Shown here in pieces: positions 1-9,284 of a stretch of DNA of 64,000 nt. The notes under the pieces are model-generated. The model saw only the letters and a list, made by a program, of their open reading frames with translations. It was not told where the DNA came from and did not search any database. The stretch comes from a virus, in the IMG/VR virus record IMGVR_UViG_3300032117_000009, positions 60,689 through 124,688 of that record; one strand, 5' to 3'. Within the stretch, counting starts at the first letter, position 1. The number at the start of each line of letters is the position of its first letter. The translations under genes were made by a program, and so were the position numbers.

Positions 1-52
1 TACAACATCCTGATTAACAGTCAGGCGCAACTGCCAATTGTGCTACTCGGGA
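1..52 (-). tRNA. tRNA-Asn(GUU), 3' end truncated by the window edge
   Basis: Minus strand reads TCCCGAG-TA-GCACAATTGGCAGTTGC-G-CCTGA-CTGTTAA-TCAGG-ATGTT-GTA: 5-bp anticodon stem CCTGA/TCAGG with GTT anticodon. Confidence 0.85.
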
Positions 53-62
53 ATGTTTATTG

Positions 63-536
63 TTAATAAGATTTACCTTCAGCATATCTTTTTTTTCGAT
101 ATGCCCTTCCATTACCTCTATTCTTTCCTTTATATGTTTCTAGAAGCATATCACAATTACCGCAGACTAAACGAACATTTTCCCAAGAGTTATTATATGA
201 ATTGCCATCTATATGATCAAGAATTAATGGCATTGGTTTTCCTTGCCACTCAGTCCCTTTACATATTGAGCAAGTGTTACCTTCTGTTGCAAGTCTAGTA
301 TTCTTTAATATTCTAGTTCCAGCTTTTTCATCTAATATTTTTTTAATGCCTCTACAAAAACTAGAACATACATTAGAACCTTTATAAGTTTTATTATCAC
401 AAATAACACACTGAGTAATTTTATTTTTATCTAGTTTAACTCTTTTTGGGTGTAAAGAATTGTTTCTTTTTGTAGAATAAGATCTAGAACAAAATTTTGG
501 ATTATTTGTTTCTTTTTTACAATTTAAACATTCCAT
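63..536 (-). CDS. HNH homing-type endonuclease with N-terminal Cys-rich motifs
   Basis: CSIC...LILDHIDGNSYNNSWENVRLVCGNC HNH core; sits between two tRNA genes. Confidence 0.85.
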   Translation of the reverse strand: MECLNCKKETNNPKFCSRSYSTKRNNSLHPKRVKLDKNKITQCVICDNKTYKGSNVCSSFCRGIKKILDEKAGTRILKNTRLATEGNTCSICKGTEWQGKPMPLILDHIDGNSYNNSWENVRLVCGNCDMLLETYKGKNRGNGRAYRKKRYAEGKSY

Positions 537-538
537 AG

Positions 539-613
539 AGCCAGCACTCGGACTCGAACCGAGGAAACCTCCACTTTACAAGAGTGGCGCTCTACCAACT
601 GAGCTATACTGGC
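539..613 (-). tRNA. tRNA-Thr(UGU), CCA not encoded
   Basis: Acceptor GCCAGTA/TGCTGGC, D-arm AGCTCAGTTGGTAGAGC, anticodon arm CCACT-CTTGTAA-AGTGG, T-loop GGTTCGAGTCC. Confidence 0.95.
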
Positions 614-631
614 ATTTCTTGCTACAGAGAT

Positions 632-640
632 ACTATAGCA
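632..640 (-). promoter_or_regulatory. Extended -10 element (TGCTATAGT) upstream of the tRNA cluster
   Basis: TGnTATAGT 18 nt upstream of tRNA-Thr 5' end; the same 9-mer occurs at 47450-47458. Confidence 0.5.
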
Positions 641-659
641 TGAAATCTAGGTATTTTAC

Positions 660-809
660 CTACTTCTCAATAATATTTACCTTAAGTCCACTAACTTGAC
701 TCAGAAGAGAGTTTCGAAGACCATCAATAGTCTCCTTAATCTCCTGTAGAGGAAGTTCATTGCCCTCTTGATTGTCGTAGGTGATCTTAATTGTAACTGT
801 CTTAGGCAT
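660..809 (-). CDS. Small hypothetical protein (49 aa, MPKTVTIK...)
   Basis: ATG overlaps the Dps stop (TAATG); start moved from the ORF-track value 863. Confidence 0.55.
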   Translation of the reverse strand: MPKTVTIKITYDNQEGNELPLQEIKETIDGLRNSLLSQVSGLKVNIIEK

Positions 810-1288
810 TATCCCTCCGTAACGTTTACTTTTCCTAGAGAAGAACCTAGCTGCCATTGCCACTTCTGATGCATGTCAATTCTTTCTGCAACGAAGTTAG
901 CGACACCTTGTTCATTCTGCTCGTTTGCTTTTGTGAACAATTGTACCAGATCTTCCAGGACAATTTTATTATCTTCGTAAAGATTTTCAGTTAATGTCTT
1001 TGCATCAAACTTATTAACGTCACGTTCTTTCAATGATGTTAACTCTAAAAACTCTTTGAGGGTAAATGGAGCTAACCCACCAATCTTACGACAGTTCTCA
1101 GCCATAGGATCAAGAGAATCATAAACATCTAAATAAATAGTTTCAAATAATGCGTGATATTCTTGAAAATCTGTACCTACAAGATTCCAATGATAACCAT
1201 GTGATTGGTGATAGAACACAGCAATATTAGCTACATTCTTCTTTAATGCTTTTAATAGCTCTTGATCCTTGGCTGATAAACTGTACAT
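809..1288 (-). CDS. dps: Dps family DNA-protecting ferritin-like protein
   Basis: HGYHWNLVG..FQEYHALFE..Y......D.MAE..R.IGG and HQKWQWQL: Dps ferroxidase-centre pattern; 159 aa. Confidence 0.92.
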   Translation of the reverse strand: MYSLSAKDQELLKALKKNVANIAVFYHQSHGYHWNLVGTDFQEYHALFETIYLDVYDSLDPMAENCRKIGGLAPFTLKEFLELTSLKERDVNKFDAKTLTENLYEDNKIVLEDLVQLFTKANEQNEQGVANFVAERIDMHQKWQWQLGSSLGKVNVTEG

Positions 1289-1293
1289 AGTTA

Positions 1294-1629
1294 TTACCTT
1301 AGTTTTGTACCGGCTGGGATTTGACCGTTAGCCTTAATGATTGTTTTTTGCACAGACTTCATAGCAATGTTATTAATTAAAGCAGTAACAACACCAGCAA
1401 CCTGGGTAGCTACGCCAGCCCAAACTTGAATGTTGTGCGAAACTGAATTAGGTATAACGACACCAGCTGATGTAAGAACACCGATGATAAATAAAGCAAC
1501 AGCAACGACATAAGCAATGTCAGCTGGAATATTTGACCAAGTGACTGGCGGAACTGGTGTAGGTACTGTGTTTTCTTTTTTTGGTGCAATTGTTTTTGCA
1601 GTGTTTGTTGTCTTTCTGGCTTCAGCCAT
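1294..1629 (-). CDS. Small membrane protein, putative holin
   Basis: Two hydrophobic segments, basic C-terminus, AGGAG RBS. Confidence 0.5.
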   Translation of the reverse strand: MAEARKTTNTAKTIAPKKENTVPTPVPPVTWSNIPADIAYVVAVALFIIGVLTSAGVVIPNSVSHNIQVWAGVATQVAGVVTALINNIAMKSVQKTIIKANGQIPAGTKLR

Positions 1630-1649
1630 TATTTCTCCTTATTTGTTTG

Positions 1650-3548
1650 TTACCAACTATAATTATCGTCGTAATCATCTTCATCGTCATCATCAGAATC
1701 ATCATCTTCTGTATATGAATCATATTCAGAGTCATCGTATTTTGATGAAGTAAACCAAGATGTTACATCTGGAAGTACAGCCTGCCCTTGTAATGAAGCT
1801 GGAAGCTGGGTTGTGCTTTGTTCGGTGCCTTTTGGTCCTTTTGGTCCTTCTTCAACATCTGCAACATTATTAGAAAGATCTTGTGGACCCATGCCTTCAC
1901 CAAAAACAGAACCTACACCTTCATAGTTTGTGTCTTCTATTTCAGCTAAAAACAACCTTGAAGCAAGTGTATCATGCGTAAAGAAACTATTTCCAGGTAT
2001 TGTCTCAGAAACTTCTTGTGGTTGGTTATCAACATCTTCACCAACTGTTTGGTTTGGAGCATCTACCCCAGAAAACTCTGGCCCAAGCTCTTTTGGTGAT
2101 AACCTATCTGCAATCTTTATATTACCGTTTTCATCAAAAGAATAAACTTTTGCTGTTTTAGTATTGTTATTCATATCGTAAAGATTTTTGTGGACATTTT
2201 CGATATCTTTTCTAGCTTTTTCAAAGCCTTTTTCACGACCTAAAAGACTATAAGCATGAACTGGTATTATATGTTCTTGTTGCCAACTATATCCTAAAAT
2301 ATTAGCATCATTATCATATAATGGTTTAACATACCTTTCTGCATGTAAATGGGAAGAATCAGGATCTATAAGACCATTTGACGTATCGTAAAAATTAGTA
2401 AAATTATAATCTGTATCACTATAATCCCTACGCTCTATTTCGTTTTTAGGAATTCCAAATTTGTTTATATGATAATTTATATATTTATCTGCCTGAGCAT
2501 TAGCTTCTTCTTCTGTTTTTGATATGCCGGTTATAGTATATAAATTATGTATTTCGTTTGGGTAGCCTTTCCATATCATTGCTTGTAATTTATGACCATT
2601 ACCTATATTAGCACTATGCTGATCTGGACGAGGGTAAAAATTATCCCAAGCTTCATCCCAAGAGCCTCCACGGTGTTCTTCAGCAAAATTTTCTCTATCT
2701 TCGTATGTTTTATGTAATAATGGTGGATAATAAAAATGATCTCTATCATTCCAATCTGAATAATGAGTACCCCACTCTTCTGGTTCCCATTCACCAGTTA
2801 TTTTATTGTAGCTAGCAAATTTATTATTTTTAGAAGAATTTATATCGTATAAATCTTTGTGGACACTTTCAATATCTTTTTTAGCTTGTGAATATAAATC
2901 ATCTATGTTATTTAAATAATCCTCATATTTATAATTATAATGTGATTGTTGCCAAGAATAACCAATATGTTTGCCATTATTATCTATTAATGGTTTTATA
3001 TCCCTAGTTACAATTTGCCAACCTGGGTCACTAGGTTTTTTGTTTTTATTGCGAAAATCTCTCATTTTATAATCATCAGGATGAGTGTAATTATCAATAT
3101 CATATTCACCATCATCATTAAAACGAGAATCAATTGGCAAAGTCATATTTCCTTTATCATTTTTTATTTCAATATCCTTATGGTTGATTCCAAATTTATT
3201 TAAATGATAATTTAAATATTTATCTGCTTGAGAATGTGCTTCTTTTTCTGTTTTCCCAATACCATAAATTATATATTGAGATTCTATTCCATCATTATTT
3301 TTAAATATTCTTGCCTGTAATTCATGCCCATTACCTATGCTTACAGATTTTTGTGATGGATCTGGATAAAGATTGTGCATAGCTTTAGTTACATCTTCAC
3401 GATTATTTTTTTCATAATCGTGCCAATCGCTATTGTTTTTAAAAATCGCAGGCGGATATAATTTTGTTCTAATATCAAAAGATGAATTGCCCCATTCTTC
3501 TGGGTACCATTCTCCAGTTATTTTGTCATATCCAGATTCTTTATGCAT
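1650..3548 (-). CDS. Modular protein: two copies of a GEWxPEEW-initiated domain plus acidic tail
   Basis: YDKITGEWYPEEWG and YNKITGEWEPEEWG begin two homologous units; a third copy is in 30642-31682; Asp-rich end DDSDDDDEDDYDDNYSW. Confidence 0.8.
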   Translation of the reverse strand: MHKESGYDKITGEWYPEEWGNSSFDIRTKLYPPAIFKNNSDWHDYEKNNREDVTKAMHNLYPDPSQKSVSIGNGHELQARIFKNNDGIESQYIIYGIGKTEKEAHSQADKYLNYHLNKFGINHKDIEIKNDKGNMTLPIDSRFNDDGEYDIDNYTHPDDYKMRDFRNKNKKPSDPGWQIVTRDIKPLIDNNGKHIGYSWQQSHYNYKYEDYLNNIDDLYSQAKKDIESVHKDLYDINSSKNNKFASYNKITGEWEPEEWGTHYSDWNDRDHFYYPPLLHKTYEDRENFAEEHRGGSWDEAWDNFYPRPDQHSANIGNGHKLQAMIWKGYPNEIHNLYTITGISKTEEEANAQADKYINYHINKFGIPKNEIERRDYSDTDYNFTNFYDTSNGLIDPDSSHLHAERYVKPLYDNDANILGYSWQQEHIIPVHAYSLLGREKGFEKARKDIENVHKNLYDMNNNTKTAKVYSFDENGNIKIADRLSPKELGPEFSGVDAPNQTVGEDVDNQPQEVSETIPGNSFFTHDTLASRLFLAEIEDTNYEGVGSVFGEGMGPQDLSNNVADVEEGPKGPKGTEQSTTQLPASLQGQAVLPDVTSWFTSSKYDDSEYDSYTEDDDSDDDDEDDYDDNYSW

Positions 3549-4023
3549 TTGGACTTAATAATCCTTGGATATACTGGCTACCCTCCCAATCAGAATGAGT
3601 AGCTGTATGAGCACCACCGGCAGCTCTATGATGATACGTACAGAGCCAACGGAAGTTATCTCCACTCTCTACCCATGCACCAACTTTATCTGGGTCAGAT
3701 ACACCTGGATAATCTTTTTCTAATGCTTTAAGAGACACACCATTTGTCAAAGCAAATTCGATATGTGTATGATGAAGTTCTAGTCCTTCTTGCTTAGCTT
3801 TTGGATCTTCTGGCGCAGGAACTGGATTACCTTTTTCATCCTTACAGTCACTAAACCCAACGTGGTCCCCAATGTAGCATCGAGCAGTTGGCCTGGTTCT
3901 CTCATGGTATGCATTAAAATCTTTGTAATGGGGATCATCCTTCCTTGGACCGTGGGCTGGGTAATGTACAATGTAAGAGTGATTCTCTGTTTGATCATGT
4001 GCTGGAGTAATCTTTTCAGTCAT
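3541..4023 (-). CDS. HNH-like His/Cys protein
   Basis: LELHH...NFRWLCTYHHR resembles the HNH beta-beta-alpha-metal motif. Confidence 0.5.
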   Translation of the reverse strand: MTEKITPAHDQTENHSYIVHYPAHGPRKDDPHYKDFNAYHERTRPTARCYIGDHVGFSDCKDEKGNPVPAPEDPKAKQEGLELHHTHIEFALTNGVSLKALEKDYPGVSDPDKVGAWVESGDNFRWLCTYHHRAAGGAHTATHSDWEGSQYIQGLLSPNA

Positions 4024-4345
4024 TGTCAGGTCCTTCTGTCAAATTTGGTATGTCGGGATGATGTTTAATAATATGATGTGATAAATTTGCATTTCTATCT
4101 AATTTATCGTGTAATTTGTTTAATTCTGCTTCTATCCAATAGCGAAGTGGAGGATAAATAAATGATGCTACGATAACAACTATTATCCATTGAACAAATG
4201 AAGCAACAAGATTTGGTCCAACCCTAGATGAATCAAGAGGCCAAAAATCTATTATAATTCTATTCGCAAACCAATCACTAAATATTGCAATTATAATAAA
4301 TAAAATAGTAAGTGATGAAGCTATTAAGAATGCTAATTTTTTCAT
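4016..4345 (-). CDS. Membrane protein, two predicted TM segments
   Basis: Hydrophobic stretches LAFLIASSLTILFIIIAIF and FVQWIIVVIVASFIY; ATG 2 nt after the upstream stop. Confidence 0.7.
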   Translation of the reverse strand: MKKLAFLIASSLTILFIIIAIFSDWFANRIIIDFWPLDSSRVGPNLVASFVQWIIVVIVASFIYPPLRYWIEAELNKLHDKLDRNANLSHHIIKHHPDIPNLTEGPDND

Positions 4346-4347
4346 AA

Positions 4348-6252
4348 TTACCAATTCTTTTTCTTTGGCGTAAATCTTTCTATGTGAGTTATGCGCTCAG
4401 GTGGGATAGGAGCTTTGGAAACAATTTCTTCTTTACCTATATCGGTAAAACCAGGTCTATCACTATGAAAATTATCTAAATCTACATGGTATAAATCAAA
4501 TTCTTGCGGAGCTGGCCTTCCACTTCTTTCATAAGTATGTTGAATATGATGTGCCCATATTTCTTTGTCTTCATCAGTTGGAGACATATATACATTTGCG
4601 CCAGGATCGATGTACCAATTGTGGTGTTCAATACCGAAAGTTTTCAAACCTTCTTGTTCAATTGATTCACGATTATGAGCAGGAGATACATGGTACGGAA
4701 GAGCTTCTTTGATAGAAGCTTCGACCTGAGGCCCAGTAATATTTGCTTGATCAATTATATATTGAGCGCCTTCAGGATCTTGTGCACCAGGAGCATGTAG
4801 ATTGCTATCTACTGGAGCATCATACCCTTGACCATTTACAGATGCCCAGAATTGCTTAATATGAGTAATCCTATCAGGTGTGATATGACCTTTGTAAACT
4901 ATTTCGTCAACACCCATGTCAGTTTTACGTTTTTCTACCGGAAGACCTTCTGTATTAACATGCCAAAGATCAAAACTATCTGCATCTTGTCGTTCTAAAT
5001 CTATATCTTCTAGATCTGGATACCCAATTGGATCATCAGAATTCCATCTATCCATTTCATGTCGTGATTTAATTTCTTGGCTATGTCTTTCATTACCTAT
5101 TTGATAACCCCAAAGATCTGCATCTTTATCAGTAGGAGACATATAAACTAATGGTTCTATACTAGATGGCCATTTATTTGATTCTTCAGTTCCTGGCAAT
5201 AAACCATTTTCTTCAATAGATTCTCTATGCTCAACTGGGGAAACATGATACGGAATAGCAGTTCTTAAAGAAGCAGTTCTTACATTTGATGGGTGAGTAA
5301 GGCCAATTTGAGTTGGAGTCATGTTTCCTGGGACATAACCAAATTGATCAGGTTCTACTCCAGGAAATTGTTTTGCCCAGCCTCTGCCTTTATAACCATG
5401 ATTATTAGATTCACCATATCTATAAACAGTTACTGGAACATGTGTAAGGCCAAGTTCTTTTGCAGCTATAATTCTATGGTTTCCTTCACCAAGATATGCA
5501 TATCTGTCATTCATATTATAGCTAACTTTTAATGGGTTGATAAAACCATTTTTCAGAAGTGAGCTTTTAATATTGTCTACTGTTGAACGACTATTACCAG
5601 TATCATAAATTGGGTCAAGACGATCAAATTCTCTAATTCTATGAACGTCTTCTAAAGGTACCCATTCAACCTTAACGTGGTTAGCATCACTTTTTTTATT
5701 TGCTTTTGTTAAAGCAATGATATTACTAGTTATATCATTAATAGAAGCATTTTTATTTAAATCTACGTGAAGATTACGAACAGTCTTTGCTTCGGATCTT
5801 GTAGATGCACTTTCTATAAAATAATTATTTAAAATTTTATCCTTGATATCATTTATTGATAAATCTTCTTTGTCAAGAGTAATAACAAAATTATTGCTAT
5901 CTTGCGGAGAAACAATAACAGGATTAAGATTATACCCCTGGAATTGAAGCATCAGGGATTGAATAATTGCTTGTTTGTTTTCTTCAATAATATAAGGAGA
6001 AAACTTACAATTATATTCTATTTTACCATTATCTTCTGTTTTTATAGTTTTAGGTCCATATCGAACATCATCAGTTCCAAGGCCTTTAATATCCCAAAAA
6101 TTGCCAGCATTCTTTTCCATCCACAAATCATGATGTTTTTGTGAACAAAAAACAAGCTCATCTAAACCATTTGAGGCTGTTAACCAATTCCAAGACGTTG
6201 AATTAGGATTTTTGCAATCAATATAATCACAATATATATTGTTAAGTGTCAT
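4348..6252 (-). CDS. Multidomain protein: N-terminal Zn finger, ParB/Srx-like domain, two tandem ADP-ribosyltransferase-fold domains
   Basis: CDYIDC..FCSQKH; IKSSLLKNGFINPL..LGEGNHRIIAAKELGLTHVPV (ParB-like); twice PYHVSP..RESIE.EGL..VYMS..EIV..I.P.RI (Tpt1/KptA/DarT-like ART fold). Confidence 0.75.
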   Translation of the reverse strand: MTLNNIYCDYIDCKNPNSTSWNWLTASNGLDELVFCSQKHHDLWMEKNAGNFWDIKGLGTDDVRYGPKTIKTEDNGKIEYNCKFSPYIIEENKQAIIQSLMLQFQGYNLNPVIVSPQDSNNFVITLDKEDLSINDIKDKILNNYFIESASTRSEAKTVRNLHVDLNKNASINDITSNIIALTKANKKSDANHVKVEWVPLEDVHRIREFDRLDPIYDTGNSRSTVDNIKSSLLKNGFINPLKVSYNMNDRYAYLGEGNHRIIAAKELGLTHVPVTVYRYGESNNHGYKGRGWAKQFPGVEPDQFGYVPGNMTPTQIGLTHPSNVRTASLRTAIPYHVSPVEHRESIEENGLLPGTEESNKWPSSIEPLVYMSPTDKDADLWGYQIGNERHSQEIKSRHEMDRWNSDDPIGYPDLEDIDLERQDADSFDLWHVNTEGLPVEKRKTDMGVDEIVYKGHITPDRITHIKQFWASVNGQGYDAPVDSNLHAPGAQDPEGAQYIIDQANITGPQVEASIKEALPYHVSPAHNRESIEQEGLKTFGIEHHNWYIDPGANVYMSPTDEDKEIWAHHIQHTYERSGRPAPQEFDLYHVDLDNFHSDRPGFTDIGKEEIVSKAPIPPERITHIERFTPKKKNW

Positions 6253-6329
6253 ATTTCCTCAAATTGGTGTGCCCCCTCTTATTTTTATTTAAAGAGTGTT
6301 ATTACACTATTGAGCTGATATATTCAACA

Positions 6330-7112
6330 CTAATTAACGTATACAGGCGTTTGGCTTTTAATACAAATTCTATCTCTGCAATATCCACGGCATGTTTGGC
6401 ATTGATATGTTTGATAAGCAGTAGTTTTATTATGCTTAATTCCACGTTTTTGCAATTTTTTAGAACCGCATTTTGGGCATCCATCCATTATGCCATTTAA
6501 TGTAGAAACATTAGGGTGGTTAGATATCCATGGGAGAAGTTTTTTATAAACCTCTTCAAGCAAAACAACGTCTTGCTTATTATACTTTTTCATCTTATTC
6601 CAAGCAGTTTGATTACCAGCCATACAATCTTTCCAAAGCTGATAACCGCCTGTTTGTACTTTTTGCCCAATTCCTAAAATTGTTCCGAGATCATTTAATT
6701 TGTTAGAATCAAATTTGAAATGCTTACGTGCTTCTTTCAAAGTGTCAATTTGTCTATAATTTATAGGAGGGTCAAAACCATGTACTAAAAATCTTGCACT
6801 TACCTTTTTTTGATCAAAGTTATTTCCATTATGAGCAATAATTATATCAGCTTCATTAAAAAGGTTATGAAGTGTTTTTACAACTTGGTAATCATTTTCA
6901 GGATCTTTTTTATAATCTTTTTCAAAATCTGTTAATGCGACTACTTTTGTTGTTGGCTCATCAAGCCATTTATATGCAAAGCATAATATGTACCATGGCC
7001 TTACAACTTCCAAAGCTGTTTGCTCATAAACACCCCATGTATGAATTAAATTTGGAGCAGTTTCAATATCATAGAGCAGAATTCTTGCCTGATTATTCTT
7101 TGTTGTCGGCAT
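6330..7112 (-). CDS. DnaQ/RNase H-like 3'-5' exonuclease with C-terminal Zn ribbon
   Basis: LYDIET, AHNGNNFD, YNKQDV acidic motifs; CPKC...CQTC. Confidence 0.8.
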   Translation of the reverse strand: MPTTKNNQARILLYDIETAPNLIHTWGVYEQTALEVVRPWYILCFAYKWLDEPTTKVVALTDFEKDYKKDPENDYQVVKTLHNLFNEADIIIAHNGNNFDQKKVSARFLVHGFDPPINYRQIDTLKEARKHFKFDSNKLNDLGTILGIGQKVQTGGYQLWKDCMAGNQTAWNKMKKYNKQDVVLLEEVYKKLLPWISNHPNVSTLNGIMDGCPKCGSKKLQKRGIKHNKTTAYQTYQCQTCRGYCRDRICIKSQTPVYVN

Positions 7113-7210
7113 CTTCAACCTTCTGATCTTGTGAAGAATCTTCTTTCTTCACCTTTTCAGAAACTAGTATAGTACCTTTATCTGGTGTTTTTGAGTATTT
7201 GTGCATGTTT

Positions 7211-7513
7211 TTAAACCTTTGTTTTGCACTTATCTAAATGGTCTTTAACTTTTTTATTAAAGATTTCTAAAATTTGTTTTTTGCTTTTTTCTGGGTTAGA
7301 GGCTAATTTGCCTTGCCAGATTTCATTCTTATCTCCAACTACAATTTTACCAGAGTATCTACCAAAATTTTCAATAACAATAGCTCTTATATTAAAATCG
7401 CAATTTGGACAAGAAATTTTTCTTATCATATTGCCTATATCAGAGGCAATTTCAACGTTTGTTACATTATTGAGAGTAACACCCTCAGGCAATTCAAAAT
7501 CTAGTTCTGGCAT
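7211..7513 (-). CDS. Hypothetical protein with CPNC
   Basis: ORF; start moved to ATG (MPELDF) 4 nt after the upstream stop. Confidence 0.6.
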   Translation of the reverse strand: MPELDFELPEGVTLNNVTNVEIASDIGNMIRKISCPNCDFNIRAIVIENFGRYSGKIVVGDKNEIWQGKLASNPEKSKKQILEIFNKKVKDHLDKCKTKV

Positions 7514-7517
7514 AAAT

Positions 7518-7742
7518 TTATTGTGTGATAGCGATTCTTCCAAGCTGTTGAAGATAAACATCAACAGGAATTCCTGTTACAATTGACAATGACGATAAAG
7601 ATGAAAAACTTACCCCAACAAGAGCAGACACAACATCTATTATATTATTTTCTTCTATAATATCATAAACTACATCATCTTGTCCAGACATAACTGCCGT
7701 AAGAACTGATACCGCAAGCTTTATGTTATCACTAGAATCCAT
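7518..7742 (-). CDS. Small hypothetical protein
   Basis: ORF tightly packed between neighbours. Confidence 0.6.
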   Translation of the reverse strand: MDSSDNIKLAVSVLTAVMSGQDDVVYDIIEENNIIDVVSALVGVSFSSLSSLSIVTGIPVDVYLQQLGRIAITQ

Positions 7743-7745
7743 ATT

Positions 7746-9089
7746 TTATTTCTTCCAATCGATTTTTATATAATCTCTACAATCTTCACACAGATTATAC
7801 CAGTCTTTTATTGGGTTTTTGTTATTATTGAAATATTCTTTGTTCATTGTATCATAATATTGCAATGAGCTTTTGTCACTTGGATGGTTGTAAATTTCTA
7901 ATGCTTTGTTGATAGGCACAGTTGGCTTTTGCTCATCCTCGTGCTCTTTAAGCTGCTCATCATAATCATCAATGTTGTTATTGCAAATTCTACAACGGTG
8001 GCGACAATTTTCACAATAATCACTTAAAGGATTGCCATACTTATCTTCATGTTCAGAAGCTTTTGCGTAGCTACCATTATCTATGTCTTTGATCTCTTCA
8101 TCGCAATCTATGCAATTCTTTCGGTGGCTTTCGCAATACTTTGAATCAGTATAGTCCTGATCTGAAATAGCGTCACCACACGTTTCACAATCTTTTCTGT
8201 GGTATTCACAAAGATCTGGGCCATATGGAAGAGCATCTCTTTCATCTTCTGAAAGCTCATCATAACAATCATTACAACATCTTCTGTGCTCTTCACAATA
8301 ATCATAATCTGGGTAATCTTCCTGGTCTTCAATAGAATGGCCACAATCTTGACAATATTTCCTATGATGTTGGCAATATACAGAATCTGGCCAATCCTCG
8401 TGGTCTTCAATATCTTCATTGCAATCTTCGCACTTTGGACGACAATTTCTGCAAAGATCTGAATTGGTATCGTGCTGATCGTAAACTTCTTTTCCACAAT
8501 TTTCACAAAGCTTACGGCAATTTTCACAATGATCAGACTCTGGGTAATCCTCTTGGTCTGCTATCTCATCTCCACATTCTTGACATTCTTTACGGCAATT
8601 TTCACAATATTTAGAATCAGTATCATTCTGATCTGTTATTTCTCTATCGCAATATTCGCAATGTTTACGACAATCTTCACAATATTTAGTACTTGGGTTT
8701 TCTTCAATATCATGGATTGGTTCATCGCAATAATTGCAGTATTTACGGCAATTCTTGCATTGCTTAGTTTCTGCACCAACATAATATAAATGGCTATCTT
8801 CTTTGCCCACATCATCTATTAAACCACGGCATTGATCGCAATAAAGCGTATGATCTGGACAACCTTCAGAACCTGGTATAGCATTTTCATTGCAGTACTT
8901 ACACTTAGAAATAACATTTTGTCTACAATCTCTACACATTCCGCTTGAATGGCCAAGATCTGATGTGCTTAATCTATCACCACAATTACTACATGATTCA
9001 TGATCATTAATAATTTTAGGATATGGGTGTTGCCAATTAGGTCTAGCTGTTTTGCTAAAAAATTCTTCTTGCGTCCAAAACTCTTCCAT
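7746..9089 (-). CDS. Tandem Zn-ribbon repeat protein (about 13 repeats of ~26 aa)
   Basis: Repeat CxxC..I.D..D.P.S.YCxx[CH]RK, e.g. HCEYCDREITDQNDTDSKYCENCRK; ends IDWKK. Confidence 0.85.
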   Translation of the reverse strand: MEEFWTQEEFFSKTARPNWQHPYPKIINDHESCSNCGDRLSTSDLGHSSGMCRDCRQNVISKCKYCNENAIPGSEGCPDHTLYCDQCRGLIDDVGKEDSHLYYVGAETKQCKNCRKYCNYCDEPIHDIEENPSTKYCEDCRKHCEYCDREITDQNDTDSKYCENCRKECQECGDEIADQEDYPESDHCENCRKLCENCGKEVYDQHDTNSDLCRNCRPKCEDCNEDIEDHEDWPDSVYCQHHRKYCQDCGHSIEDQEDYPDYDYCEEHRRCCNDCYDELSEDERDALPYGPDLCEYHRKDCETCGDAISDQDYTDSKYCESHRKNCIDCDEEIKDIDNGSYAKASEHEDKYGNPLSDYCENCRHRCRICNNNIDDYDEQLKEHEDEQKPTVPINKALEIYNHPSDKSSLQYYDTMNKEYFNNNKNPIKDWYNLCEDCRDYIKIDWKK

Positions 9090-9110
9090 AGTTTTTCCTT
9101 TTAAATTCCC

Positions 9111-9284
9111 TTATAACATAGATGAGTTGTTAGATGGTTTAGAAAAAGGTTCATCATAGCTCATGGTAAGCTTAACGAATTCGTTATATTCTTCTGGTTG
9201 GATTGGCATCCATATTCTACCGCAAAGACTACATATATAACAGCCAGCAAAATCTTGTTCTAAATTATGTTGATCACAAATCAT
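9111..9284 (-). CDS. Small Zn-finger protein (57 aa), below the ORF-track cutoff
   Basis: Translated by hand: MICDQHNLEQDFAGCYICSLCGRIW...; fills the gap between neighbours. Confidence 0.6.
   Translation of the reverse strand: MICDQHNLEQDFAGCYICSLCGRIWMPIQPEEYNEFVKLTMSYDEPFSKPSNNSSML

Noticed and set aside
7093-7206. 37-aa ORF MHKYSKTPDKG... upstream of the exonuclease
   Set aside because: It fills a gap but overlaps the exonuclease start and has no motif or clear RBS; too weak to list
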